64,000 bases of DNA from Candidatus Latescibacterota bacterium. Its GTDB lineage: Bacteria; Latescibacterota; UBA2968; GCA-2709665. Both the position numbers and the translations under genes were made by a program. The stretch lies in NCBI GenBank assembly GCA_965226795.1, contig CBDDDZ010000002.1, positions 64,001-128,000 of the forward strand. The letters run 5' to 3'. The notes beneath the pieces were generated by a model, which saw only the letters and a list, made by a program, of their open reading frames with translations, had not been told where the DNA came from and did no database searches. Shown here piece after piece: positions 29,901 to 39,579 of the stretch (positions within the stretch are counted from its first letter, which is position 1; the number at the start of each line of letters is the position of its first letter).

Positions 29901-30636
29901 GTGGGTGGAAGACCTGGACGGTGACGGGAGCGGTGAGGTGGTGGTGACGCCCGGAAATATGCGGCTGCACCTGGTCGACGCGGAGGGGAATGAGCGGTGG
30001 GAGTACCGCACGGACCATGGGACGTTCCTGACCTTTGAGACGTACGATCTGGACGGAGATGGTCAAAAGGAGATTGTGGGAGGGTGCGACATCCTGTCGT
30101 CGGGCAGTGTCTGCCGCGTGATCGGTGTGGACGGACTGCAGAAGCATTCTTTTTCCAATGCGGGATGGACCTCGCAGGTGAAAGATGTGCTGATCGCGGA
30201 CCTGGACGGCGACGGCAAGGTGGAGGTGGCCTGCGCGGTCAACCGGCAGGAGAACCTGAGGGTGCATAGCTTTGCAGAGAAGGCGAGGCGGTGGGGCCAT
30301 TGCCTGGGCGAGGTGCCGGCGGGGCTGGCGCTCCTGGGCGGTTCCGGAGAAAAGGTCTTATTTGCAGCTACGGAAGGGCCGACGGCAATCGGCTTTGGCC
30401 CGGGGGGTGCGCCGATGTGGACGGTGGACGTAGCCCCTGGCACGGCGCGGGTCGTCCGCATGGGGAGTACAGCCGCGGTGGTGTGCGTGGACGGCCGCGT
30501 TCTGCGGGTGAGTGGAGACGGGGAGACGGCGTTATTAGGAGTGCTGCCTGCGGGTGTGACCGCCTCGGCGTATGTGGAGGGATGGCTGGTGCTGGGGTGT
30601 GAGGACGGCTCAATTGTGGCGTTTTCCACGTTGTGA
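26965..30636 (+). CDS. Large lyase-fold plus beta-propeller protein, paralog B
   Basis: Same architecture: YPGSGGY..LWDPWG, WPIVETCPVFSEEDRLKI, RQNHQ, IGD, SHSYEDAN, YHNM, three DLDGDG repeats. Confidence 0.75.
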   Translation: MGGHRIGNVKQMSLEIPFDAGSVEVVVGGGAAQRAGARRIAGALERVCGSEVPVVEDAAYAAWEIRPARHAILVGSLGDNRGIEFLYYRWLTFVDGSYPGSGGYALTTLWDPWGAGRNALVVGAADEAGLDAAVARLESIIDAAADGIPGVYEVVYGSSRPKEVADVAGWSRVGPTPDGWVYDFTGYGGLSHVPSAAWAYVRSGDTRIAEGLKQGLMALLETPVLHTPESQLHLGFWPVMMMWPIVETCPVFSEEDRLKIVRFFYDVLVSPEGARNGGLNHAAASELPRQNHQTLCALGVLFGSIYFERHYGIPDVREWRALVDRLFRTGAYCSKQICDNNAHGWNQSIGDFATYALLTGNTAFFDNGMARLAAERAVGNCTSNGFAATIGDGDVSAYPNWFLAQVSFYLRDAGLRFVLDNMAPEIEPSGGLMPWRQPYSAGVGVKPPGDQVGTRVFPLDRLYYDIPRHSPGAVALRPPGVAFEKTFDILTMRSGWEKTAQYLILDGTGGGSHSYEDANAILTLTQDDRFLLLSADQLYFTAPKYHNMVTVTRNGLGEELPSYCRMDGKADLRTFGFSATTLPDYVGMDWTRMLLWKKGDFFLVVDRLVARDRATYSGSCRWFSLGRPEVSHETCVFRQCEWEGSRTDFVVQNLSGQACRTREAFYGPTRSWKSGYDPALGRKLRTDRTLLTELYQSRSDVLGAGDAMRFVNLLYARSGDRAGDRVEAQCNASGWVRVRAPEGTFAICAGEVRADGLRAVCDLLAVWREGVFAANCTALKVGGLSVQFSRPCGVEVDASGRLAVDAAEDLAVLWRVEAGASGERELSGKAVHELKVGAVSIPDPEDLFDVAGGREAVAPSRSDSKTPSPAWTARGKGRINDLHIAGGDVVLAACEEDALAAFGLDGAPAWTYGTGSPVNTVHSGVLRAGDPARIVLGCEDTFVRALDGSTREEIWRYHPEYGNQYWDYWSWYKSSIKRVWVEDLDGDGSGEVVVTPGNMRLHLVDAEGNERWEYRTDHGTFLTFETYDLDGDGQKEIVGGCDILSSGSVCRVIGVDGLQKHSFSNAGWTSQVKDVLIADLDGDGKVEVACAVNRQENLRVHSFAEKARRWGHCLGEVPAGLALLGGSGEKVLFAATEGPTAIGFGPGGAPMWTVDVAPGTARVVRMGSTAAVVCVDGRVLRVSGDGETALLGVLPAGVTASAYVEGWLVLGCEDGSIVAFSTL

Positions 30637-30708
30637 TAGCGTTCGGTGGCAGGACGAAGGCGACGTGTCGGCTCTGGATTTTCGGGGAGTGATTGGGGAG
30701 CCGGATAT

Positions 30709-33447
30709 ATGCTGCGTTATTTCCTTTTGGTCCTTTTCTTTGCATTTTTGATGGAAAGCCCAGCGTTTGCCCTGCCGGACGATCCGTCGACGAGCGATCT
30801 GATCCAGGAAGACGTACTCTTTTCAGCTGAGGGTGAAGCGCTCAGACAGCTTGCTTCAGGGGGGTTCGACCTGGTCCGGCGGGACGTGGGATCGGTCGTT
30901 CGCACGCTCGGGGCGGATTTCGCGTTGACGCTCAACCCGGATCTGATGCCGGGGATCTACCGCCTGAGCGTTCTCTGCTCGGCCCCGACGACGTCAACCG
31001 ATTCGTTCTGGCTGGAGGTGAACGGAGAGCGGCAGCCGCAGCCGATCGTGTTGCCCAAGGGCGCGTACGGGGAGGTGTACCGCGGGTTTCGGCTGGATGT
31101 GTCGGGAAAAACGAACATACGCCTTGTGCTGCGGGAACGGCCCGGTGTCAGCGTGGCTCGCCTGAAGCTGACGCATCTGAAGGCACAGGTCGATGCGGCG
31201 TCGGTTATCCGGCCCGACCTGGCGGAAGAGCGCCCGCGTCTGTTTCTGACCCGGTGGGACGCCGAGCGTTTGCGCAACGCACAACGCAGCGCGGCCGGAC
31301 AGCGGCTCTACCGTCTCCAGGGGATGTTGCGAGGCACGCCGCCTCCCAACTCGGGTCCGCCAAAGCGCGCGGGGTGGGCGTGGCGAATCGAGAACCAGGC
31401 GATCCCGTGCCTGCTGGGAAATTCCCCTGATGCGACCGAGCGTTTCGAGGCAATCCGGCGACACGTTCTCACGATCTGTACATACGATAAATGGCTCCCG
31501 GACGGCTGGTCGCACAGCACGCCGGATCTGGACCTGGACGCGGCCTATATGATCCACGGGACCGCGGTCGCCTACGACTGGCTCTACCACTGGTTCACGG
31601 AGGAGGAGCGGCGGATCATCCGGGAGAAGCTGGCGTACCAGGCCCGACTCATGTTCGAGGCGTCCTTTATGGAGCGGATGTACTGGGCGCGCACGGTGCA
31701 GCAGAACCATTACTGGTTCGACAATTACGCCATCGGCGTGGCCGGCGCCGCACTTTACGGCGAGGTCCCCGAGGCAGAGATGTGGATGGCCTGGAGCTGG
31801 GACCGCCTGCAGGGGACGCTGAAGACCTTTGCGGAGGACGGGGGGTTCCACGAGGGACCTGCCTACTGGAACTTCTCCATGGGGTCGCTGTTGCGATGGA
31901 TCGACCTGTATGAGCATACAACGGGGCAGACCATCGCCCATGCGGACGCGTGGCTGAGGAAGACAGGCTATTTTCCGATCCATTACGTCTATCCCGATCT
32001 GCATTCGGGCGCGGCGATTGAAGATACGTTCCGGCCCGGAGTTGTACCCTCGATGGAACGGCTGCACTGGCTGGCCGGGCGCAATGGCGACGCCCGGCTG
32101 TTTCGTATTGCGGAGTTGATTCACGCGGGCAGGCAGAGTACCCACTGGTGGACTTTGAAGGCACTGGCCGGGGACATGGGCACGGCGGTCGGAACGCTGG
32201 ACGAGCTGATGCCGAAGCTGGCCTATTACCCGGACGTGGAGATGTACTTTGCACGGACCTCGTGGCGGCCGGAGGCCACAATGTTCGCGCTTGGAGCTCG
32301 GCCCCTGGGCGGGCACACACTGGCTCGTCTGATCGAGGCGTATCCCTGGATTGGCGGTGTGGGGCACAACCATCCCGCGCAGAACAGCTTTGTGCTTTAC
32401 GGCAGCGGGAAGGAACTGGTGATTGACCCGGGCTATACGCTGAAGAAGGAAACGGCGAACCACAATACGGTTCTGGTGGACGGGCAGGGGCAGTACGGAG
32501 ACGGAGAGCGGTGGCCGCGCTGGTATCCGGGATGGGCGCACATCGGGTACGCTTCCACGCAGTTTCCCTATGTGCGGGGGGAAGCGGCATCGGCGTACCC
32601 GCCCCAGTTGGGTCTGAAGCGCTTTACGCGCCAGATATTGATGGTGGACCGCCAGCGGGTCTTGATTGCCGATCACCTGGAGGCGGAACGACCGCGGCGG
32701 TTCACGTGGCTGCTGCATTTCGATGAGGACGCGGAGATAGTGTCCGCGGGCGAGGGGCGGTTTAAGGCTTCCTACGGCGGCGCCTCGCTGCTGATTAATC
32801 TACTGACGCCGGCTGGCATGGCCCCGCAGATCGACCGCTACGAGCCGACGTGGAACAATATCGCCCGGCCCGACTATCACCCCAGGGTCGGCCGGCTGCA
32901 GTTGACCACCGGGCTGGTGAGTGCCACTCCGATTGTGGCGGCGTTGGACCTGGGCCCCGCTGCGGCGCGTCCGGCGCTGGAGATCACGCCGCGCGTCCTG
33001 CTGGTGACGTTTGCGGACAGTACCCGCGTGGGCTTCAATCGAACGGGCGACGTGGTCACGGTGGATGGGCTCGAGACCGACGGGCGGGCCGTGGTGATCG
33101 CGGTGGATGGAACGGGGGGACGCAGGGCCCGGGTTCTGGACATGCTTCGGTATCGCGACGGGTCCGGTCGGTTGCGCGACTTCTCGGAAGGCGAGGGCGA
33201 ATTCGTCCTGACGAACGGGGCCTGGCTGCCGACTTTCCAGGAGGCGCCCGTTGCGTTGCGGGGGGACTTCGATGGGAACGGTACGGTGGGTTTCAGCGAC
33301 TTCGTGGCGTTCGCGCAGGCGTTCGGGTCCCGCGCTGGTACGGCGGGATGGGACGCCAGGTTCGACCTGAGCGGGGACGGCGAGGTCGGGTTTCGGGATT
33401 TTCTCATCCTCGCGGCTCAATTTGGACGGCGTGTTTCCGGGGATTGA
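30709..33447 (+). CDS. Secreted DUF4962 / heparinase II/III lyase with C-terminal dockerin-like EF-hand domain
   Basis: Signal peptide MLRYFLLVLFFAFLMESPAFA; RPRLFL, QQNHYWF, HEGPAYW, GHNHPAQNSF, NHNTVLVDGQGQ; C-terminal GDFDGNGTVGFSDF...DLSGDGEVGFRDF. Confidence 0.88.
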   Translation: MLRYFLLVLFFAFLMESPAFALPDDPSTSDLIQEDVLFSAEGEALRQLASGGFDLVRRDVGSVVRTLGADFALTLNPDLMPGIYRLSVLCSAPTTSTDSFWLEVNGERQPQPIVLPKGAYGEVYRGFRLDVSGKTNIRLVLRERPGVSVARLKLTHLKAQVDAASVIRPDLAEERPRLFLTRWDAERLRNAQRSAAGQRLYRLQGMLRGTPPPNSGPPKRAGWAWRIENQAIPCLLGNSPDATERFEAIRRHVLTICTYDKWLPDGWSHSTPDLDLDAAYMIHGTAVAYDWLYHWFTEEERRIIREKLAYQARLMFEASFMERMYWARTVQQNHYWFDNYAIGVAGAALYGEVPEAEMWMAWSWDRLQGTLKTFAEDGGFHEGPAYWNFSMGSLLRWIDLYEHTTGQTIAHADAWLRKTGYFPIHYVYPDLHSGAAIEDTFRPGVVPSMERLHWLAGRNGDARLFRIAELIHAGRQSTHWWTLKALAGDMGTAVGTLDELMPKLAYYPDVEMYFARTSWRPEATMFALGARPLGGHTLARLIEAYPWIGGVGHNHPAQNSFVLYGSGKELVIDPGYTLKKETANHNTVLVDGQGQYGDGERWPRWYPGWAHIGYASTQFPYVRGEAASAYPPQLGLKRFTRQILMVDRQRVLIADHLEAERPRRFTWLLHFDEDAEIVSAGEGRFKASYGGASLLINLLTPAGMAPQIDRYEPTWNNIARPDYHPRVGRLQLTTGLVSATPIVAALDLGPAAARPALEITPRVLLVTFADSTRVGFNRTGDVVTVDGLETDGRAVVIAVDGTGGRRARVLDMLRYRDGSGRLRDFSEGEGEFVLTNGAWLPTFQEAPVALRGDFDGNGTVGFSDFVAFAQAFGSRAGTAGWDARFDLSGDGEVGFRDFLILAAQFGRRVSGD

Positions 33448-33498
33448 CCCTGGATCGTGCGGTCCCACGTTACGCGACAAGGAAGCCATTATTTTCGT

Positions 33499-33547
33499 GC
33501 GACCCGGCGCCCGAATTCCGGCAACCTGTTTCCGGGGCAATACACCC
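33499..33547 (+). mobile_element. Degenerate right-half remnant of the local MITE family
   Basis: GCGACCCGGCGCCCGAATTCCGGCAACCTGTTTCCGGGGCAATACAC aligns with the corresponding end of the copies at 49671-49882 and 62959-63119. Confidence 0.7.
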
Positions 33548-33582
33548 AGGGATCTTTCTTCAGGTGCAGGAGGTGGACTGTC

Positions 33583-34617
33583 TTGATCGAACTCGTTATT
33601 TCCGTGTGTGCCGTTATCGTCGTCTCCGCGATGTGCTCTCTCTTCGAGGCGGTTCTCTACTCCGTTCCCGTCAGTTATGTCGAGAGCCTCGCACAGAATG
33701 GAACCGTCTCGGGCCGGATCCTGAAAGACCTGCGTATGCGCAACGTCGATCGTTCCATCTCGGCCATCCTGTCCCTGAACACCATCGCCAATACCGGTGG
33801 CGCGTTTGTGGCCGGCGCGGCATTTGTCAAGGTTTTCGGAGGGCAATCGGAGCATTATTTCACCATTTTTATCACACTGTCCGTCCTGGTCCTCTCCGAA
33901 GTCATCCCCAAGACCGTAGGCGTGGTTTACAGCCGATCCCTGGCCGGTTTTGTCGCGATTCCACTCCAGTTTCTGGTCTGGGTTCTATACCCCCTTGTGG
34001 AGATGTGCCGGCTGGTAACCCGGGCGTTTTCAAAGGGTGGGGCAAGCCAGGAGGTCTCCGAGGAAGAGATCACCGTTATGGCGCGTATGGGCCGGCGGAC
34101 CGGGGCCATACAGCCGGATGAAGCACGCGTCATGCAGAATATCCTTTCTCTCAAACGCAAGACCGCGAGGGACGTGATGACACCGCGAACGGTCGTATTC
34201 GCGCTGAGCGCCGATCTGACCGTGGAACAGGCCCAGAAACAGGCGGGTGTCTGGCCGTACAGCCGGGTTCCCGTCTACGAGAATGAATTCGAGGATGTGA
34301 TCGGCGTCGTGATGCGCCGCGACGCATTCAACGCTCTGACTGGCGGGCGGGGGCAAACGCCCATTTCGGAACTGATGCGTCCGGTTCACTTTGTCTCAGA
34401 GACGGTCTCGCTGGACCGCGTTCTCGAAATGTTTCTGGTACGCAAGCAGCACCTCTTTGCGGTGATCGACGAGTATGGCGGGCTGGCCGGGATCCTCACG
34501 CTTGAAGACGTGCTGGAAGAGATTCTGGGCAGGGAGATTGTGGACGAGTCCGATACCGTCACGGACATGCGTGAACTGGCGCGCCGGCGCCGGCGACAGG
34601 TCTCGGAAGGGGAGTAG
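33583..34617 (+). CDS. CNNM/DUF21 plus CBS-pair protein (hemolysin/CorB-like Mg2+/Co2+ transport family)
   Basis: AGGAGG RBS before TTG 33583; SAMCSLFEA, LSLNTIAN, SEVIPKT, DVMTPR, YSRVPVY, IDEYGG..LTLEDVLEEILG. Confidence 0.92.
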   Translation: MIELVISVCAVIVVSAMCSLFEAVLYSVPVSYVESLAQNGTVSGRILKDLRMRNVDRSISAILSLNTIANTGGAFVAGAAFVKVFGGQSEHYFTIFITLSVLVLSEVIPKTVGVVYSRSLAGFVAIPLQFLVWVLYPLVEMCRLVTRAFSKGGASQEVSEEEITVMARMGRRTGAIQPDEARVMQNILSLKRKTARDVMTPRTVVFALSADLTVEQAQKQAGVWPYSRVPVYENEFEDVIGVVMRRDAFNALTGGRGQTPISELMRPVHFVSETVSLDRVLEMFLVRKQHLFAVIDEYGGLAGILTLEDVLEEILGREIVDESDTVTDMRELARRRRRQVSEGE

Positions 34618-34730
34618 ACGAATTTACACCGTCAGTGAAGAAGTCGCGTTGATGAGGGCTTTCAGTTGGTGCGGGAGTCGCTTTGAGTTGTGCTCCAAGC
34701 CTGGTGCCTGAGCAATTCCGGAGGACATGA

Positions 34731-36002
34731 GTGGCGGCAAGACAGATAGAGTTACTTGACCAGCCTGACACGTCAGCAGGACCATTATCGTTTGAAGAAT
34801 TCCTCTGCAATATCGAGGCGTTCGACGAATTCCGAAAGGAAACGGCAATCCTGGAATTCCCGGAACCGGACTTCGATATTCCGGTCTACGTCAATGAGTT
34901 CTGGACATCGAAACAGAGAGCGGCCAACTCCCTTCACGAGGTTTCGTATCGCGCCTGCTTCAAGCCACAGTTGCCCCGGTTTTTCATCGAGCGGCTCACC
35001 AGTCCCGGCGACGCGGTCTACGATCCCTTCCTGGGGCGCGGCACCACCGTCATCGAGGCCGCATTGCTGGGGCGTGTGCCCGTCGGGACGGACATCAATC
35101 CCTTAAGCGAAATACTCGTGGCCCCGCGGTTCGACCCGCCCCCGCTGGCGGCTGTTTCGGAACGCCTGAAGGAACTGCCCCTCGAAAACGAATGCGACAC
35201 GTGGGACGACTTGTTGGCGTTCTATCATCCGAATACACTGCGCCAGATCACCAACCTGCGGAATTACCTGCTCCGAAAAGGGGAAGACGGCAGCCTGGAC
35301 GCGATCGACAGGTGGATCAGGATGGTGGCGACCAACCGGCTGACGGGTCATTCACCCGGCTTCCTTTCGGTCTATACATTGCCCCCGAACCAGGCCGTTA
35401 CGGTCGAGCGGCAGCGTGGCATCAACGAGAATCGACAGCAGACACCTCCCGAACGGGACGTTCGGGTATCGATTCTGAAGAAATCCCGATCGCTCCTCAG
35501 CAAACTGGAAGAAGAGGACGCCGAACGGCTTCGGGAGACGTCGAGAGAGGCGTCGCTTATCACCGGATCATCGGACAACACGCCTGGGATTGAGAGTGAT
35601 TCCATCAGTCTGGTCGTAACGTCGCCGCCCTTTTTGGACGTGGTGGACTACCAGGCGGACAATTGGCTAAGATGCTGGTTCAATGGTATTGACGCGCAGA
35701 CCGTCGACGTATGGCACTTCAAGAAGCCACAAGAATGGCAGGCGGCTATGACGCGGGTATTCGCCGAACTCAAAAGGGTTCTCATGCCAGGGGGTTACGT
35801 CGCTTTCGAAGTCGGGGAAGTCCGCGGCGGGAAGATCCTCCTTGAAACGCTGGTCGTTCCCGCCGCGGCCGAGGCGGGTCTGGAGCCGCTCCTGGTCCTG
35901 GTAAATGACCAGGTGTTCACCAAAACGTCGAACTGCTGGGGCGTGGACAACCTGAAAAAGGGAACCAATACCAACAGGATCGTACTTCTAAGGAAGTCCT
36001 GA
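34731..36002 (+). CDS. Orphan amino (N4-C/N6-A) DNA methyltransferase
   Basis: Motif I YDPFLGRGTT precedes motif IV VTSPPF; no adjacent endonuclease gene. Confidence 0.85.
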   Translation: MAARQIELLDQPDTSAGPLSFEEFLCNIEAFDEFRKETAILEFPEPDFDIPVYVNEFWTSKQRAANSLHEVSYRACFKPQLPRFFIERLTSPGDAVYDPFLGRGTTVIEAALLGRVPVGTDINPLSEILVAPRFDPPPLAAVSERLKELPLENECDTWDDLLAFYHPNTLRQITNLRNYLLRKGEDGSLDAIDRWIRMVATNRLTGHSPGFLSVYTLPPNQAVTVERQRGINENRQQTPPERDVRVSILKKSRSLLSKLEEEDAERLRETSREASLITGSSDNTPGIESDSISLVVTSPPFLDVVDYQADNWLRCWFNGIDAQTVDVWHFKKPQEWQAAMTRVFAELKRVLMPGGYVAFEVGEVRGGKILLETLVVPAAAEAGLEPLLVLVNDQVFTKTSNCWGVDNLKKGTNTNRIVLLRKS

Positions 36003-36300
36003 AGGTGCTTCGCAGACCACGCTACTTTCGACCGTTTCACGTCAAAATCGCTGTTTGCAAAGGTGTTACCGCCCTGGCCGATCCCGGCTTTCATATGGAC
36101 ATAAGGAAAGCCGACGCCCTTACCATCTGTCACGAAAAGCAGGAAGGGAAATCAAACGATGAACTGTGACCTGTTTCCGCAGCCATTTTTTCGACAACCC
36201 CTTTTGAGTCAGGAACGGGTCGGAATATCGGCGGCAGGTTTGCCAAACCACTCTATGTAACCGCGTTAACACCAACGTACAACGAGGAGGATCGCGCCAC

Positions 36301-38344
36301 ATGTTTTCCAAAAAGAATGTTGTGTTAATTTCCGCTTTCGCGTTGTTGGCATTCGTCGCTGCGGGTTCGGACGCGGATGCTGATCGCACGACATTACAAG
36401 GGATCACCGTCAATTCCCATGACCATAACACCGCGTCTCTTCCGGACTTCGACGGCGACGGGACGGTCAGCTTCAGTGATTTTCTGCAGTTTGCGGCAAA
36501 ATTCGGACTAAGTCAGGGCGACAACGGATATGATGCGCGGTTCGACCTGAATGGCGACGGGGAAATCGGGTTTTCGGACTTTGTGATCTTTGCACGGAAT
36601 TACGGGAAGGACTTTTCTTTCGGGATGCTCCTGCCCTGGGATCTTTCAAGGGTTGTGCCAATCGACTCGGTTCGCTCGGCGCCCTGCGGGCACGCGTGTG
36701 TTCATGCGGACCGAATTCGCCAATGGCGAACTCACGGACCTGGAAATGAAGTTCATCCAGGTGGTGGACGATTTCCTGCCTCCCATGCCGGTCTACATGG
36801 TGGAAGCCTCCGATTCTGTCCTGATAAGCCTGGGAGGTATTTCAAAGGGCATGAGCGGTTCTCCCATTTTCACGGAGCAGGGCGTGTGGGGCGCCATTGC
36901 TTATGGTTTCGACGCCCAGGACAGCCCGCCTTACTACTTTTTTGCGACTCCCGTGGAATGGGTTATCGGCACCATTGGGGCGGTACCGCTGGCCAAGCGA
37001 GCGGCTGCGTGGGAGGGAAGCCGGATCGTACCCCTGGACATTCCGCTGTTGAGTACCGGTCTCAATCGTGTCCAGCTACCGCCGGAAGGGAGTCCGTCTC
37101 TCCTGAGCGACGCGGTCGCCGCCGGTTTGACGAGGGAGCGCCAGACGAGCTTTGCGCCCGGCAGGCCGCTGGCCGTGGGTTTGCTGCTGGGCGAGCTTAC
37201 TTACGCCAGCCTGGGAACCATCTCCTTCGTGGATGGCGACCGGATCTATGGTTTCGGACATCCCATGCAGGAAGCAGGACCTGTGGCGCTTCCCATAATC
37301 GAAGCAAAAGTGCTCGGAGAGATATCCAATGTGTTCGCGCCGTTTAAATTCGCTACGCTGAACCCGACGGTGCGCGGCACGCTCACCGAAGACCGCCTGC
37401 CCGGGGTTCGCGGCGTGCTTGATGACGGGCCGGATCTGGTGCCGATCAAAAGCGTGTATACGTTCCCATCGGGTGGCGTCGTGGAGCTCTTGCATAGGAT
37501 GCCCACCGTCGGCGTGAGTACTAATAGGTCGATCGCTCTCGTCGTTAGTGCGTTCTTCACACCTCTTTCCAACCGGGTCGAGCAGGACCCGGACCACAGT
37601 ATCCGCGTTACGGCGGATATTTCCTTTGACGTTACCGACTCCACGCTCACGCGTACCCGTCTCTACGCCTCGCCCGAAGGACGCCTCGGCTCCCTGGTCC
37701 GGAACGCCGGTTCGGACCTCTCTTCCTCGCTCGCCGATCTGATGACGAGGGACGATTACGCATTGCAGGTGACGGATGCCGGGGTCCATGTAGAGGTGAT
37801 CGCGGAACCCCGTTTCGCCAGGATCGTTGAAGTGACCGCAGACACCGTTATAAGTCCCGGGGACATGCTGGCCGTTACCGCCGCGTTGCGCGTTGGACGC
37901 CGCATAGACCGGGTGATCGAATTGACGCTCAGCGTGCCGGATACGTTTCCCGCAGGCGTCTACCGGCTCGAAGCCGGTTCGGCTGCGACGTTGGGGGAAG
38001 ACGTTGCCGGGGGAGATGGACCGCCGCCGTTGTTCGGCCTGTTTGGGCCCTCCGATGGATTCGGGAGCGAGGAGACGCTGGACGACGTCTTTGGAAGGGT
38101 CAATGGCGAGGATAAGAACGTCGTATTGAAAGCCCAGCTGACGTACGCGATGCCATTCGAAGGAGCCGCGGACTCGACTGTTTTGCCCGAAGGCGGGCTT
38201 TTAGGCGTCTTGACGGGCGGTCTGGGAGGGGGCATTCCGCCGCAGGTTCCCGCGGCGACCGTTTCCACTCAGAAGGACGTCGATCTGTTTTTGGAGGGCT
38301 CAAAGAGCCTTAGCCTAAAGGTCGTCACTTCGACGGGGCCATGA
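36301..38344 (+). pseudogene. Secreted SpoIVB-like peptidase S55 with N-terminal dockerin-like EF-hand domain; single frameshift at ~36683
   Basis: Frame 1 gives a signal peptide, PDFDGDGTVSFSDF...DLNGDGEIGFSDF and VVPIDSVRS. The next frame continues PAGTRVFMRT...GISKGMSGSPI...GAIAYG...IYGFGHP. Removing one C of the CCC run joins the two. May be a sequencing error. Confidence 0.8.
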
Positions 38345-38502
38345 TATGCGGAACGGTCCGGCTTACCCGTGTGCTGGCGGCAATACTTCCGAAAATTTGC
38401 GGCCGGGCACTTTTTCGAACGACCCGTTAGGTGCCGTCGTGTCGGGGCGGCGCGGGCGTCCCGGTTCTCCTGATGAGGCATCGGGCGGATGGGGGATTCA
38501 CC

Positions 38503-39525
38503 ATGCGTGAGAGCGACATAGGGATTGGAATCATTGGAGGAGGTAAGGCGGGTCGGAATTTCGCCATGGCCATCCGATCGTGCGCGGGAGCCGAAGTACG
38601 GATGTTCTGCACCCGACACGAGGAGTCTGCGAGGGAGGCGGCGGAATTCTGCGGGGTTGCGGGATGGACCACCCACTATCCCGAGATGTTGCGGAATCCG
38701 GATATCCAGGCGGTTATTGTCGCCACGCCCGATGAATTTCACTGCGAGCACACGGTCCTTGCCGCCCGGGCGAAAAAACATGTGTTGTGCGAGAAGCCGA
38801 TGTGCCGATCTCCCGAAGAGGCGGATCGGATGATTCGAGAAGCGCGTGAGAACGGTGTGATTCTGATGGTTGGATTCACGGAGCGGTACAGCCATCCCTG
38901 CGCCGAAGCCAAAAGGAGGATCGACGCGGGCGAGATCGGCACGCCCAGGATGATGCTTGCCAGGCGATGCCATCCGCTTTCCGTGCTGAGAGGCAGGGCT
39001 TGGGTCAACGACGATGAAACCGGAGGCGTCCTGAATTATGCCGGGCCTCACAATATCGATCTGGTTTGCTGGTTGATGGGAGGGGCGCCGGAACGGGTGT
39101 ACGGTGAGATGGGTCAACTCATTCTGAAGGATCAGAATTTCACGGATTGCGCGGTGATGACGTTCAAGTTTCCCAATGGGTCCATCGCGGCGCTCTACGA
39201 GACCTTTGCGTACCCGGGAACCTATCCCCACGGCGTGGACCGGAATATCGAGATCCTGGGAGACCGGGGGGTCTTGCACGTCGACTTTATGTCACAGCCC
39301 TTGAAGGTGTTTACGGACGCCGGCTTCGAGTTGGCCGATTCGATTACGTGGCCGATGGCCGAACGCGGAATTCAGGGGGCGCTGCTGGCCGAAGTCGAGC
39401 ATTTCATCGGTTGCGTACGGGCGGGAAAAACGCCTCTGACGACAGGGGAGGATGGCAAACTCGCCATGAAGATCGCGCTTGCTGCGAGAGAGGCCGCCAG
39501 CACCGGAAGAGCCATACCCATTTAG
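38503..39525 (+). CDS. Gfo/Idh/MocA-family oxidoreductase
   Basis: GIIGGGKAG, KHVLCEKP, MVGFTERY, GGVLNYAGPHNID. Confidence 0.92.
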   Translation: MRESDIGIGIIGGGKAGRNFAMAIRSCAGAEVRMFCTRHEESAREAAEFCGVAGWTTHYPEMLRNPDIQAVIVATPDEFHCEHTVLAARAKKHVLCEKPMCRSPEEADRMIREARENGVILMVGFTERYSHPCAEAKRRIDAGEIGTPRMMLARRCHPLSVLRGRAWVNDDETGGVLNYAGPHNIDLVCWLMGGAPERVYGEMGQLILKDQNFTDCAVMTFKFPNGSIAALYETFAYPGTYPHGVDRNIEILGDRGVLHVDFMSQPLKVFTDAGFELADSITWPMAERGIQGALLAEVEHFIGCVRAGKTPLTTGEDGKLAMKIALAAREAASTGRAIPI

Positions 39526-39579
39526 GGCGCGTTCGAGGCGTCCGGAGCGGTGTGCGGAAATTCGATGGAAAGGGAGCTT

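Noticed and set aside
34731..36002. Restriction-modification or defence island
   Set aside because: No nuclease, specificity subunit or other defence gene is adjacent.
36003..36300. c-di-GMP-I riboswitch (GGCAAACC on the minus strand) or small ORF in this lower-GC gap
   Set aside because: The GNRA loop and downstream GACGCAAAG-type element are absent; only a short hairpin (about 36085-36113) is present.
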